Assembly (NCBI GenBank): GCA_028534125.1
Contig: CM052817.1
Span: 99,884,001 to 99,948,000, forward strand
Source of the DNA: Lama glama
Taxonomy: Eukaryota
DNA: 64,000 bases
Reading direction: 5' to 3'
The position numbers were made by a program, and so were the translations under genes. This document shows positions 51,877 to 64,000 of this stretch, piece by piece. The number at the start of each line of letters is the position of its first letter. Positions within the stretch are counted from its first letter, which is position 1. Below the pieces are notes generated by a model that saw only the letters and a program-made list of their open reading frames with translations, was not told where the DNA came from and did no database searches.

Positions 51877-51990
51877 GGAGGGGAGGGTATTGCTCAGTGG
51901 TAGAGTATATGCCTCCATCAAAAATAAATAAATAAACTTATTTATCACACCCCCCAAAAAACCCAAATAAAATAATCCTATTTTAAAAAG
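51877..51990 (+). mobile_element. Vic-1-like SINE with an internal deletion (B-box missing)
   Basis: gggagggtattgctcagtggtagagtatatgcct is joined directly to ccatcaaaaataaataaataaac...cccccaaaaa. Confidence 0.75.
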
Positions 51991-52977
51991 TCATGAAGTT
52001 ATTATAAATACATGGTTACTGTGGTAAAAAACAGTCAATACTGAATATATAAAATGCAAAGTGAACATTACTATATCAGATTTGAATTTCCACTCCCTAA
52101 TTAAGATTCCTTAACTTTTATCCATTGCAGACCATTTCTCCCCAGGGCTATTTAGCAACTGAGGAGAATATTTCCTTCTTAATTTATTTTTCTCCCTGCT
52201 CTTCATTTTTTATTGTTTGTCTTTTTATCACTTTGAATTAAAAGGTTTAGGAAGGCGCAGGGCAGCAGGGGAATGAGGACAGCTTCTCCTCTGGCTCCTG
52301 GCTCCCTGAGTGGTCGATGAACAGACGAGCCTTTCATGAGTGGCAGGACAGGAGCTCAGAGGCAGAGGAGGGAAGAAGCCCAGGCTCTGGTGTTTCTTGA
52401 GGAGTTCCCATTGGGAGCAGACACATCCTGTATCCTCGCCTCGGACATGGGAAGGGATGTCCGGAAGTCTCAGGTCTATCGTAGGGGCTCCTGCCCGTAT
52501 TTTTCACATTCTGTGTCCCTTGCCTTGAGCCTCGTTTCATACCCTAAATAAGTTTCCTTTGTGTACTATCTCAGCCCCAATTTATGCCTAACATTTTAGT
52601 TATCTGCTGTCAGTGGAGGCCTTTTGCAGAGGTGAACTTACTCTCTCTGCATCTCATATATAATATAAATAAATTCAGACTTAAAATTTTTCCCACATCA
52701 CAATCAGTACTCCTAGACAGTATTTCTTGGCATTTCTTAACCAGAAGTGAAGCCATTACTAAGGGTTGGTAATAAACGGTGGGGAGTGGGCAGGTCCTGG
52801 CAAGTGCAGACTGTCTCCACCTTTCTTCTCCCCACTCTGTGTTCTTTCTTTGCAAGGCATGTGCTGTCTTCATCCCACACCATGGGATGGCCGATCATTC
52901 CTCTGTGCTAGTACAAAGGAGTAGTGGTGTTTTTAAAAGGGTTGCTTAGTTTTCTGTAGTGTGGCTGTATGGGTCCA

Positions 52978-53301
52978 CAGTCCCTTGTGCATAACTCAAA
53001 AATTGGAAAAGCTCTGAAAACTGAATGTGTTTTTATAATTCATATGGTGGTCCAGTCTAACCTTTGCTAAACTCATTTGGTGGCAAACCCATGCCTGAAC
53101 TGCCTCAAGGCTATTTGTTTTTATAGTACTTGTGTTAATATTTATACATTTCATGGAAGAAATATTAATGCATTTGATTATAGAGTTCTACCTCAGACCT
53201 GCTGGTTTGTTAAGTCAAATGTGGCAGATGTACATCGTACTTTCTGAAAAGTTTTGAGTTCCAAAGTACACATGATCTCCAGGGTTTTGGATAAGGGACT
53301 G
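52978..53301. mobile_element. Tigger-type MITE
   Basis: Terminal inverted repeats cagtccctt / aagggactg and internal aaaattggaaaagctctgaaaactgaa. Confidence 0.6.
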
Positions 53302-53576
53302 GAAGCCTCTTTTGGACATTTAGGGAAGGACACATTTTTGGAGATAGGTGCAAATTATACTTGGTAAAAATAATATTAAAGAAAATGATACCGTGTTAAT
53401 ATCGGTCATGTAGGAATTAGATCTGGCCACAGATCTGGACATCATATTGTATAAAACTGGTTATTTATGACTATAGGTTAATGGTACAGCCCTTCTTCAG
53501 CAAGAACTAGTTTTAATGTCTGTATGTTTAATTTATCAATGCTAAATTTTCAAGGCTGAATATTTATTGGTGTGGT

Positions 53577-54290
53577 TGTATTAGTCTGGGTCCTCAGAGA
53601 AGAGGATGCCAAGATAGGACTCAACATGAGAGAGAAAGTAGGAAATGAGGTGGGGAAGGCTGGGGGTGCTGTCCAACTGCAGTGCCGATCTGACCCCGAA
53701 TGCAGGGGTGGGGAGAGGCTGGCTGGGAGTGTCTGGGCTCTCTGGGTAATCTGAGATAGACCTGCCAGGGAGGACGGCTTCTCCAGAAACAGGTCTGCCT
53801 TAGCATCCCTTGGTACAAGCTGCCAGTCTGGACACCGGAGCAGTGTCACTTCCACTGTATTTTATTGTCCGTGGTAGTCACAGAGCCCCCCAGCTTTCAA
53901 GGGGAGAGGACACAGCCCCCACCTCTTGGTATTAGGAGTGTCAAAGGATTTGTGCCCATATTCTGGGCAGGTTTACCTTGATTACTACCCCAGGACTGAA
54001 TGTGTGCAGATGGTCAGAGAGCTGTATGGAGAGGACCACCTGAGAAGAGCCAGAGACCTCAGCCGTGGGTCACAGCTGATCAGAGAGGGAGTCAGGGGAA
54101 TAAACAGCCAAACGTCACTCTCCTCTCTTCCTCCCATCTCCTGCCAGGCTCCCATTGGTTGAACCCAGATGGAATCCCTGTGGCAGGGGAAGCGTGGAGA
54201 AGAAGTGGGTGAACCAGGGCTCAAAGCAAGGAGGGAAAGATGGACAGAAGACGCAGAGGGGCAGGTGGGAGATGCCAGCACACTTCTGTG
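53577..54290. mobile_element. Cluster of old ERVL/MaLR LTR fragments
   Basis: tgtattagtctgggtcctcagagaagaggatgccaaga, ttcaaggggagaggacacagcccccacctctt and ctcctgccaggctcccattggttgaaccc resemble LTR16/LTR33/MLT1-class sequence. Confidence 0.6.
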
Positions 54291-54594
54291 CTCATATCAG
54301 CCTTGCAGAGTGTTCCCTAGCGGGGAGAGAAGGCCCCTGTAAGAGCGTACTGGGGTCTTGTGCTTAAGTAAGTTGTGGCTTAAATTTTTCTAGAAACATG
54401 TAAGAAAGTATAGTTTATAGTAACTGCCTAGTTCTATCTACCGATCCTTATCCTCTGGAACCTAAAACATAGTTAGGTATTAATGTGACAGGCAGATACC
54501 TAACAACAGATGAGACATGAACAAAGAACTATCTCAAGCCCAGGTAACCATCACCAAGTCAAGCTTATTACGTGGATTCACACGGAGGCAGGGT

Positions 54595-54790
54595 GTGCAG
54601 CGGAAGAGTTCTAGACTGAGTCAGAAGGTCTGGGTTCTGGTCCTGGCTCTTGTATTTACTGCTGTGTGACCTTGTGCAAAGCTTTTAACCTCCCTGAGTC
54701 TCATTTTCCTCAGCTGCACAGTGGGGATCGTAATACTCCTCTTTCATCATCTGAGCGCATTCTGAAGACAATATACTGTTACATGCAAAG
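54595..54790 (+). mobile_element. MIR SINE
   Basis: ctgggttctggtcctggctct...ctgtgtgaccttgtgcaa...taacctccctgagtctcattttcctcagctg. Confidence 0.8.
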
Positions 54791-57769
54791 ATATTATCTT
54801 ACTTAATCCAGGACAAATTCTGCCCTCTGATATGGGGTCAGAGGATAATGCTGTTTGTTCGAAGACCATTTAGTGAGTATGCACCAGGTGCAAAGCACAC
54901 TCCCAGACCCTGTGGGGAGATGGACGGGGAACGGGCTGAGAAACCCTCTCGTCTCCATGGAGTTTCTGATCTGGGACCCAGGAGACTGATAGGCCAGCCA
55001 CAGACTTGAAGCAAGATAGACGAAGATAAGTGGTGGAAGAGAGAAAGAAGCGAGGGATGTGCGGCGACTCAGAGGAGTGAGTAGTTAGGGAGAGTCAGTC
55101 GGTGCTGAGCCTTGATGGTGAGCCGGTGGGGGAAGGACAAAAAAAATGTGCTGACCCTGAACTCTGGGGGATAGCATGGTGTCCTGTATATTTTAGGTGA
55201 TCAATAAATATTTGAGGATGATGATAATAATAGTGGAAGAAAGCCCCCAGGTAGAGAGATGCACCCTCCTATAGTTTTTTTTGAATGTTGTGATCAGGCT
55301 GAGGGGCTGCAGACAAGAACAGAAGTGGAGCAGGCTGATTGGGTTTGTCACCAGCTTAGAGGAATCTTTCCAGGTGTGTCATGTAGGAGACCAGCAGACA
55401 GGTGGCAGTAGCAGCCAAAGGTGGCTTCATTGCTGCCGTGGCCCCAGAAGGGTTGGAAGAAGGGACAGGGTTGCATTAATAGCACCATCATATTGTTTCT
55501 GTCCAGCGTCTTGTGAACCAGGCTGGTCTGTTTTGTGGGTTATTTTGGCTTCTTTGTTTGGAGCCCATGAGGAGATTAGAGCAGAAGTCTGGGGCTGTCT
55601 GTGGTAGTTGGAGACCTTGAGGGGAGTGCACTGAAGAAGTAAAGGATGAATGATGGAAGGAAAAATAACACACCATCCTTTTTTGCAGGCAGCTCACAGG
55701 CGTTAGCCGTAATAACTGTGACCTCAGAGAAAGCCTGTTCCTTTTGGTTTTTTGTGAAGAGCAGCCGGCTGTGTTTCACTCAGCAAATTATTCCATACAA
55801 GTACGCTTGGAGAAACAGGAGCAAAAAAAGCTACCAAAAAACCTGATTTTTCCCACCATCTCATGTGCTAAAACCATGCTTGAACAACATACACGCACAC
55901 AGTCATTTCCCCCATTCCCTTACAGGCGTGCACACGCAGGCTTCTCATAAGCCACTGTGGAGCCCATTTGTTTTACAGACCCGTCTTCCGAACACACACA
56001 TACATATTCATGATCTGTATCCTGTGAGCTCAATAATTCACGGCTTAGTGACTGAGGTTGATGGATTGAAGTTTTGGGGGGATTAGAGAAGATGGAAATT
56101 TTGAGAGGCTGGGAGCAGCCGCACTTGTGAGTTGCGCACTTCGTGTGTCTGTGTGTGGGGTGGGCTGGGACCCCTTTTAGAGCCCAGTGGGGCTCTCACT
56201 CGCTGGGGACGTTTTTGACTTTCTTGCCCAGTGAAACAGGAGACTGAAGATTTTAAGAGCAACTAAGTACCATCTTCATACAAGCACCATTAATGACTAT
56301 CGACAAGCTATAATTGCGTGCTGCGTGTATGCTGAGCCCTTACGCCTGGGTTTTCAGTCTCCTGTGAGGAGTGGGCAGAGCAGCCTGTCACTTAACTGTC
56401 ACTGATGTCCATCCTTCTTCGTGCATCTCTAGTCTGGGAGGTGGTGGAGGGGCTTGGGGTGGCAGGAGGGTAGATATGAGCCCTCCTGCTCGCACTTCTG
56501 GCTGACTTCTTGTCGCAATTTTGGATGCCCAGCAAGTTGGTGCTGTTCCTCACTCTGCTGCCATCGGCGTCACTTCTTGAAGACAAACGCCTTGATGTTT
56601 TGTGTCTGGTTTCCAGTAATGCTGTAAAATTGCATTGACCAGGTCATTCCTTTCAGTGGCAGATTGGAAGAAAGAGGAATCAGGATGCCATCTTGGCCCT
56701 AGACTTTCAAGATCTTATTTTTCAACTTTGATGTCTCTTTGCTAAATCTTTTATAGTTTTCCTGTGAGTCATGGAGCTTCACGCTAGACTCCTTGGGGTG
56801 AACTATACCAAAAACTGTACTGGGGTAGTGTTTTGGTTTCTACATTTCATACTTTTATTTATGCATTTCAGTCATTTGCTTTTTAAAATGCATTCTCTGT
56901 GTTATTAACCCAACTGTCCAGTTACCCAGTTACCAAAGGCGCTCAAAGATAATCCTACCTTTTTAATTTTATTTGTTTATTTTTTTTGCTGGCTCCTTAT
57001 CCTCTTCCTGTAATGACGTTGAGCTGTACTTATGTACATGGAACTTTGCTTCTCAGCACTCCTGGAGTGAACCAGCACTTGAAATGATTCTCTTCTCACT
57101 GCACGGACAGCATACCTTTGCGCCCACCTGGGCCCGCATGTGGCTGGTCTGTGCAGTGAAGGGGCCTCAGGGATGTCCAGGAGAAATGAAGTCCTTGGGA
57201 GCTGCTACTCTTGCCCCACAGCCTCTGAGGTGGGCTCCAGTGGGTTCTGGGCAGGGAGGTGTCCCCTCAGGGCCAGATGGCAGCTGGAGCAGTGGAAAGG
57301 CTTGAAGCATCTAATGGCATCTTAGTCCCACCCAGGTGCATCTGAGGGATGGCAGTGGCCTGGCCCAAGCAATAATTCTGCCTTGTCAGTCAGCCTGGAC
57401 TTCACAGAGCGTTCTGTGGAAGCAGAGAGGCCAAATGTGATGATCACTATAGTCTGTCATCAGGAAAGGCAATTGAATGAGGTAATTAAAAGGCCCAGTC
57501 CTGTTGCGGGCCTGCAGCTGTGTGACGTGGATTGGCAGTCCACTGTTAAACTTGGATTGAAGAAAAATCATACTCAGCAGGCCAGCTCCAGACATCCTAA
57601 ATTAATAATTGCTCTATCCAAGGAGAGCCGTTATTAAGTAGACCTAGAAGTTTTCAGTGACAGTTATAAGAGGCTTTGACGTGGACATATTTGATTTATT
57701 AATTGAAAACTGAAAGTGTGTGTCATCTAATACATTCTGTTAATGCACTGTATTTGATTAGTATAATTT

Positions 57770-58030
57770 GGGGAAGCAGTCTAGCTTAATATTTGGAAAA
57801 ATGGCTTTTGAGGTTAGAGAGACCTTAGTTTGAGTTCTGGGGCTTTACTGTTTAACTAGCAATGTGATTGTGGCAAGCACCTTCATCTCTGTGTGTGTGT
57901 GTGTGTGTGTGTATAATCTATGGATAATAATACCTTCCTCGTTGGGTTCTTGTGAAGAATAAATGAGATACTGCATTTAATGTGCTTGTTGTCTCTGGCA
58001 CTTAGTACCGAATACATATTACCTATTAGC
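57770..58030 (+). mobile_element. MIR SINE containing a (TG)n expansion
   Basis: tttgagttctggggctttactgtttaactagcaatgtga...ggataataatacc...gaataaatgagata; (TG)n at ~57890-57912. Confidence 0.7.
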
Positions 58031-58257
58031 CAGCTGAATCTCTAAATGAAACATCCTTCCCGTGACATTGTATGTTACTGGACAGTGAATTTTTTTGTGT
58101 TTACCATTTTTTGCACTGTTTTGATTTTAGATAATATGCTTATTGTTCCTTAACACATTTGTACATTATTTAATAGACTGCTGTCTTTAGATTTACTCTT
58201 TTCTTATTTCCCTCAGTTGTTCACAGAGTTATTTTCCTATTTGTTCTAATTCTCAGT

Positions 58258-58428
58258 GCCAGAGGTTCTCAGACTTGAACGTGCAGGGGCAGTTCCCTGG
58301 GAACTTCTTACAGGCAAACTCCCGAGTGCTGGGGATGTGAGTTTCGGAGGTCGGGTTGAGGCCCAGGAGTTTGCACTTCAGCCAACACCCAGATGCTCCA
58401 AGGACCACACTCGGGTGACACACTGACC
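58258..58428. mobile_element. MER5-like hAT-Charlie element
   Basis: cagaggttctcagacttgaacgtgca...gaggcccaggagtttgcactt...ggaccacact. Confidence 0.6.
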
Positions 58429-59884
58429 TGTGACCTTCTGCTGATGCTTTGATTATTGATGCTTTTTTATTGAACTAGGATTCGGAAGACATGGGTTCTA
58501 GTTTTCTGTGTGATTGCAAGGGTCTTAACTCAGCTAAGGGTTCAGTTTTCTGATGTAGTAATAGTCCTACCCTGTCAGCATCCCAAGACTGGTGAGCATC
58601 AGACAAGCAAGTGGATTAACACTTTGGGAAGCTGTGAAGCCTCTTCCAAATGAGCAAGGTATTCAAACAGGGGTGAGATCTCCCCTTTCCCTGTCTGGAG
58701 CTGTTTTAGCCGTCTAAGCAGGTACTTTGCATAATTTAAGGTCCAAGTACTTTGCATAATTTAAGGACTTAGTAGTAGCATTCTCCAAAGGTGAGTCGTG
58801 CAAGGAGATTGTAGGGTTCTAAGAGTGTGTTTCTGCCCGTGAGGTGTATAGAGTGTTTGACTGAGGTACATGGTTCAGGACGCTGTACGAGCATCATATT
58901 TGTTACCCTGAAATCAGCTCTGCTCTCCCGTGTGATGCTACTAGGATATGTGGACAGTGATGTTAGTATCATAAAAACGCCTTTCAGATGGAAATCTTGT
59001 CAGCCTGAATGGGAATACTAGCCACTCACCGATGTCACGTATGTCACAGAATATTACAGGGCATCACCATTCCACTGCTGCTGGTCCTCCCAGGTGCCTT
59101 GGTGCTGTGGGCAGAAGGGAAAAAAGTCCCTTGAAATAAAGAGGGGATGGGCAGACTTTCTCTGGTTGACCGTTGACCGTAACTTCTTCACTTCCCATAT
59201 TCTGGGTTGATGATGCATACAGTTGTTTAGATCCATATGCAAACATACTTTTCTCCTTATCAACATACAGAAAAGCCTCAGAGAGTCCATGGTTTATCCC
59301 AGAGCTATCATTTGTGGACCAACTATGGAACAAAATACAATGTCTAGTATTTATTGTGGAAAGCACCTGAGAATGTGGAAACAGATTATAATAGAAGCTC
59401 TTGGAACATTCGCTTTTTTTTTCCCCTAAAGAAAATCTTGTAATTCATATCTAAGGTCTTGTGCTGAGTTTCTAGCCTACTTAAGCACTATGTCTTTGGA
59501 AATTTTGTAGACACAGAGGTTCCAGGTAAGGCAGCTGGTGTGTATGTAGCTGAGGCCTGGGCGTATCGTTATGTGAATGAAAATCCAAATCTTTCCTCTT
59601 ATTTTTCATATTCACAGGCCAAATAGTGAACTAACTAACTGGCCATAGGATTCAGGAGGTCATCACCTTGGTGTCGACAGCTTCGTGGAGGCTTGTGGGG
59701 CATCCCTGTCTCTATAATGCTGATTCTGATACTCTGCCAAAACAAATAAAAATGAAAACTAAAAAACATTGGCTTGAGTAGGTAGACTTCAGATAGAGAG
59801 CAAAGAGGAAGCCAGATTTATTCATTCATTGACTTAAACCTAAGAGGTAGTGGTATCTAGTGAATAAGGTCTTTGCAAAGGGTT

Positions 59885-60112
59885 TGATACAATGTGGACT
59901 TTAGAGTCAGACTGCCAGGGTTGATATCTCAGCTCTGCCACTTGCTAGCTGTGTGCCCTTGGGCAGAATCTTTAACCTCTCTGAACCATTTTCCTCATTT
60001 TCATTTGTAAAATGAGGTTGGTAATGGTGGTGCATACCTTTTAGGCGTTGTGGGGATTAAATAACTTTAAAGTGACACCAGGCACAGAGTAAGTGCTATG
60101 TTTATGTTAACT
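59885..60112 (+). mobile_element. MIR SINE
   Basis: ctttagagtcagactgccagggttg...ctctgccacttgctagctgtgtgcccttgggca...taacctctctgaacc...tgtaaaatgagg. Confidence 0.8.
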
Positions 60113-60429
60113 CTGTTGTAACTCTTTCTATATATATTATGTACTTGTTGGAAATCATAATTTTACATGACCCAACAGTGCTTTCATTGATTGGTAATAC
60201 TATACTATAATACTGTTATTATTGTCTGTATTAATAAAAAACTTGGCATATTGCCAGGAGGAGATAGGTGAAGAACTGGAGACTTCAAGGTCCTGGAGAA
60301 GTAACTCAGATGAGACTTGGTGGAGCCCAGCTATATGAATGTTTCCTAGGCCAGTCCCAAACCTCCCCCCTCCCTCCCCTCTCCAGAGACTCACTTCTCC
60401 AGCTGTCCCAGACCCTTTGCTGTATACCG

Positions 60430-60842
60430 GGTGTGAATTAGCCCTCTAGTTAAATACATATGCTTATGTCTTTCCTGTATTTGAGCTGCCTTTCTCCTAC
60501 ACCTATACTTATCCCAATCTTTCTCATCCTCCAGTGTCCAGACCACATGCCCCCTTCCTCTGGAAGTCTTTCTGATCAAGCCAGAAGGAGGCAATCACTC
60601 CTCACTTTTCTTGAGTTTGGCCGCTGTCACTTGCATGGTATTAAAGATCCCCTTGTGTGGTCACTCTGGGTTTAATATGTCTTACCTGTCCTGCCAGGAG
60701 GTGGATGCAATGAGGGTAGAGACCATCCACGTGTATTTATCCATCCCTTCCTTGAACCCATATGATGGCAACATGTCCAGCACCCTCTGCCTGTGCACAG
60801 TAGGTAGTGGGCTGTTTTCTGAATAAATAAGTAAACACGTGA
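60430..60842. mobile_element. Probable L2 relic
   Basis: cccttcctctggaagtctttctgatc...tgagggtagagacc...gcctgtgcacagtaggtag...tgaataaataag. Confidence 0.55.
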
Positions 60843-61304
60843 ATGTGAATACGGTGAGTAGGTGGGGGTATAGTGTGTGGAGCAACTGTGAAGGAGTGAG
60901 AGGAGAAAGCTGAGGAGAGGTTGAATAGTTCCAATCTGTTGGGGTCAAGTCAGGCTGGTGAACTGATGTGTGGCTGACAGCGAGCCCTCTGGGGTGGCGT
61001 GGAGGGGATGAGAAGTGGGGAGCCTGAGGGAAGGGCTGTTTAGGATTGGCTGGAGGTGGCTTTTGCTGAAAGCAAGACAGCGCTCATTTGTTGTGGAGGT
61101 CCAAAAGGGAAATGACCCAACCTGAGACAGGTATTTCAGGAAAAATATAAAGGAGGATATGGATATCTTAGAGAAGTAGAAGGAAAATGAACAAAAAATA
61201 TTACTGAAGAATTAGTGATGGCTGTAAGATTCATGTTTGAAATGTGCTCTCCACACTTAGAAATGAAATTATACGAATGGGCCAGCTTTTCTTTATTGTT
61301 TTTG

Positions 61305-61575
61305 TCTTTTGTGGGTTTTTTTTTGTATATACATATTTTTTATTGAAGTATAGTCATTTTACAATGTTGTGTCAGTTTCTGGTGTACAGCATAATGTTTC
61401 AGTCATACGTGAACATACATATATTTGTTTCATATTCTTTTTCACCATAAGTTACTACAAGAATTGAATTATTGAATATAGTTCCCTGTGCTATACAGTA
61501 TAAACTTGTTATTTATCTATTTTATATATATTAGTATATGCAAATCTTGAACTCCTGATTCATCCCTTCCCACCC
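61305..61575 (-). mobile_element. Short L1 3' end with TSD
   Basis: ttttattgaagtatagtcattttacaatg...catcccttcccaccc. 15-bp TSD tctttattgtttttg (61290-61304) / tctttattatttttg (61576-61590), one mismatch. Confidence 0.87.
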
Positions 61576-63467
61576 TCTTTATTATTTTTGGCTTGAAGCA
61601 TTGGCTACGAGAGATCAAGTCGAAAATAATTGATGGTATATCATTGCCATGGTTATCAAGGCATCAAACTATCTGAGTCAGAATGTATGATATTTACATT
61701 TGGGTTAAATGCTTTAATAGAGCTAGTGGGTTTAGCTGTGCAGTTTTTTCTTAGATTGTTGAAGTTGAGAACTTTGCAGTCGGTTTGAGTTCAGTTTCGT
61801 GGAGGAGTGATGTGTGGAGCAGAGGTGAGGGACTCATTCAAAGTCTCCCTGTCCTCATTCCCTGCCACTGTTAGCCCCATACTTGGCACCCAGTAGGCGC
61901 TCTATAATTGTTTTTCAGTACATAAATTAATAAGATCTCAGTTTTTCAGTAAGTGAATTAATAACTAATTTAAAACAAATTTCAGACTGGATGGATTTCA
62001 CGAAACATATCCTTTGTATTTAAAGTTCTTGCCAAATCTAAAGTGGAGAGATTAAATTGAAGATGGAAACGGAATACATTATGCACATTCATAGGATTTT
62101 GGTACTAGACAGGATTTAGTACTAGACATAGTTCCAGAGATTGTCTAGTCCCAGATCCTCATTTTTCAGATAATGACCCTGAGGACTGGAGAGGTCCGGT
62201 GACTCGCTCAGGCTCGCACAGCTGATTACAGAGCCCAGGTCTCCAGGTCTTGAGGCTTCAATGTCATCTCTTTCTATTGCTCCCCTCGAAGTAAATCTGA
62301 ATTTCATGATTCCTTCCGTGGCATAAGTTAACTCTTGGGCTTCTAATGCAGAATTTAGAAAAAAAAATTTCCTTATGCTTTTGTTAATTTCAAAATAGAA
62401 TGATTTCTTAGACAGCACACCCCCTTCCCACCCAGGTTCCTGTGAAGCGCAGGGGCTGCTTGGTTGCGCCCATATTCATTTTTTGATGTCCTGCTTGAGT
62501 TTCTCCTCCTGGGAATTCTGTTCCAAAAGGAGAGCTTGCACCATCTAGTGGAGCTAAAAAGAGGCTCTTGGGTTTAATTTTTTGGTGGCCCTGTTTTAAA
62601 AGAAGAAAGGAATAGGACTGCCACACCCAGCTTTAAAACCCTGCTTCTTAATTGCAAATACATCTCTGATGGATGGGTTCTAGCTTCAAAAAAGAAGAAG
62701 AAAGGAACAGTATTTTTACTTCATTAACCTGCAGATCTCACATGGAACCATTTGTTCCTACCATGAAAGTGAGGGTGGCAGCACAGAGCAATGGTTGGGT
62801 CACTTTGTACCTCACCATGCTAGAAACGGGGCACGTGAGAGACGAGGCTGTTGGTTCTTTCCTGGTAGGAGGAAGGTAAGAAAGTGGGTAGTCTGACAAC
62901 TTGTTTTTGTATCCAGCATTTAGATTCTTTTACTCGTTAAAGCAAAACATTAACTCTTCTGGCATGAGTCTTCCATAATAGTTGGGAATTAGTTAAATCC
63001 TGCTATTATTCCTAGGAAAGCCATAAGTACTCATTTGGGCAATTAACTTTTTCAATCATGTGCAGTATTCTGCTGCCCAGTTGGATAAATGAAGTTTTGG
63101 GAAGCTTCCAAATGACTCCTTTGTTTCCTTCAATAGAGATTTAAATCTTTTCTCAAGCTCTACAAAATACTTATCTTGTGTGGTAGGTGGCAGAAGATAG
63201 TGTGTCAAGCAGCATGACTTGATGACTGAGTGGGCAACACAGGGCGGGGGATTTCACACTGACGATGCCTTTAAGTGCTCATTACCTTCTGGGCCTGAAT
63301 TTTCTTCGGAAAGAATGTCATTGTTCATCTTTATATTTACAGAGTACTTACTGCTCAGCAAAATCCAGGTTTGTTTCTTTATCTTCTTTCTTTTTTTTCG
63401 TTTGTTATTGCATCAGCTGAAATCTCTTACATGGCTCATCACCTGTGTGGGGCAGGCATCCTTTGTG

Positions 63468-63630
63468 ATAGTGGTTCTCTTGCTGGTGCACAGCAGAATC
63501 AACAAGGGAAGCCTGGCCCCACCCCTGGAGAGTCTGATTTACCTGGATCCAGGTGGGGTGTGAGCAGGCGTATTTTTAAAAAGCTCCCCAGGTGATTCTA
63601 ACATGGCACCAGGGTTCAGAAGCACTGCTG
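63468..63630. mobile_element. MER5A-like hAT-Charlie element
   Basis: agtggttctc...cagaatca...ggccccacccctggagagtctgatt...tttttaaaaagctccccaggtgattctaa...agaagcactgc. Confidence 0.75.
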
Positions 63631-64000
63631 GATGATAATTCTTGAAAGTGTATTGTGAATCATTGGATTCCAAATCAGGTTTGAACACTGGAGACCCGTA
63701 TTTGAAAACCACTATTCTTTTTGGGACCTGGAGTTTGTACTGTATTGTGTTGGGAGCAAGGAAGTTATCCTGTGGCTGAATGACTCCATGCGTCCATCTC
63801 TAGTTGGTGCTGGTGGAATCAGTCCTGAATGCATGATCCAGGTCTGAGGAACCGAGTACTTACAGGGCTAGCCAGGAGCAGTGAGGCCAGGAGTTATGCT
63901 TTTGGGACTGGTGGGTTTAATGTATTATTATAGTTGTCCTCAGCTGAGGGCATTGCTTCTCTGTTGTTGGCATTTGTCCCAGTGACAGTAGGAAAGTTGA

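Noticed and set aside
58722..58766. CRISPR-like repeat-spacer-repeat
   Set aside because: Only two units with a 5-nt spacer, in mammalian DNA with no cas genes.
50021..64000. Further FHIP1A coding exons
   Set aside because: I found no segment continuing the protein after ...APALHK; the next exon probably lies beyond the window.

Overview
Mammalian genomic DNA, most likely a camelid (alpaca/llama/camel), inferred from Vic-1-type tRNA-derived SINEs. The window covers the 5' coding part of FHIP1A (FAM160A1) on the + strand: four coding exons (25947-26051, 36443-37069, 47664-47822, 49934-50020) encode the first 326 aa, all with canonical phase-0 GT-AG junctions. The gene continues beyond the window, and the acceptor before the first coding exon implies upstream 5'UTR exons that I could not identify here. 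The rest is intronic and repeat-rich. It holds a decayed sense-strand L1 (1-3720) and a nested antisense L1 stack (8070-18420) in which a 500-N gap appears to hide a young, probably full-length L1 with a perfect 17-bp TSD. Short L1 3' ends, three SINEs, MIR/L2 relics, MaLR/ERVL LTRs and Tigger/hAT MITEs are also present. The most unusual signals are an 83-bp TTAA-flanked piggyBac-like MITE (31770-31860), a nested ~105-nt hairpin covering cryptic splice sites of a candidate poison exon (26821-26955), four upstream AUGs just before the FHIP1A start, and a chimeric L1 3' end (33135-33471). There are no prokaryotic systems, CRISPR arrays or true tRNA/rRNA genes. Repeat family names come from recalled consensus similarity and need Dfam/RepeatMasker confirmation.
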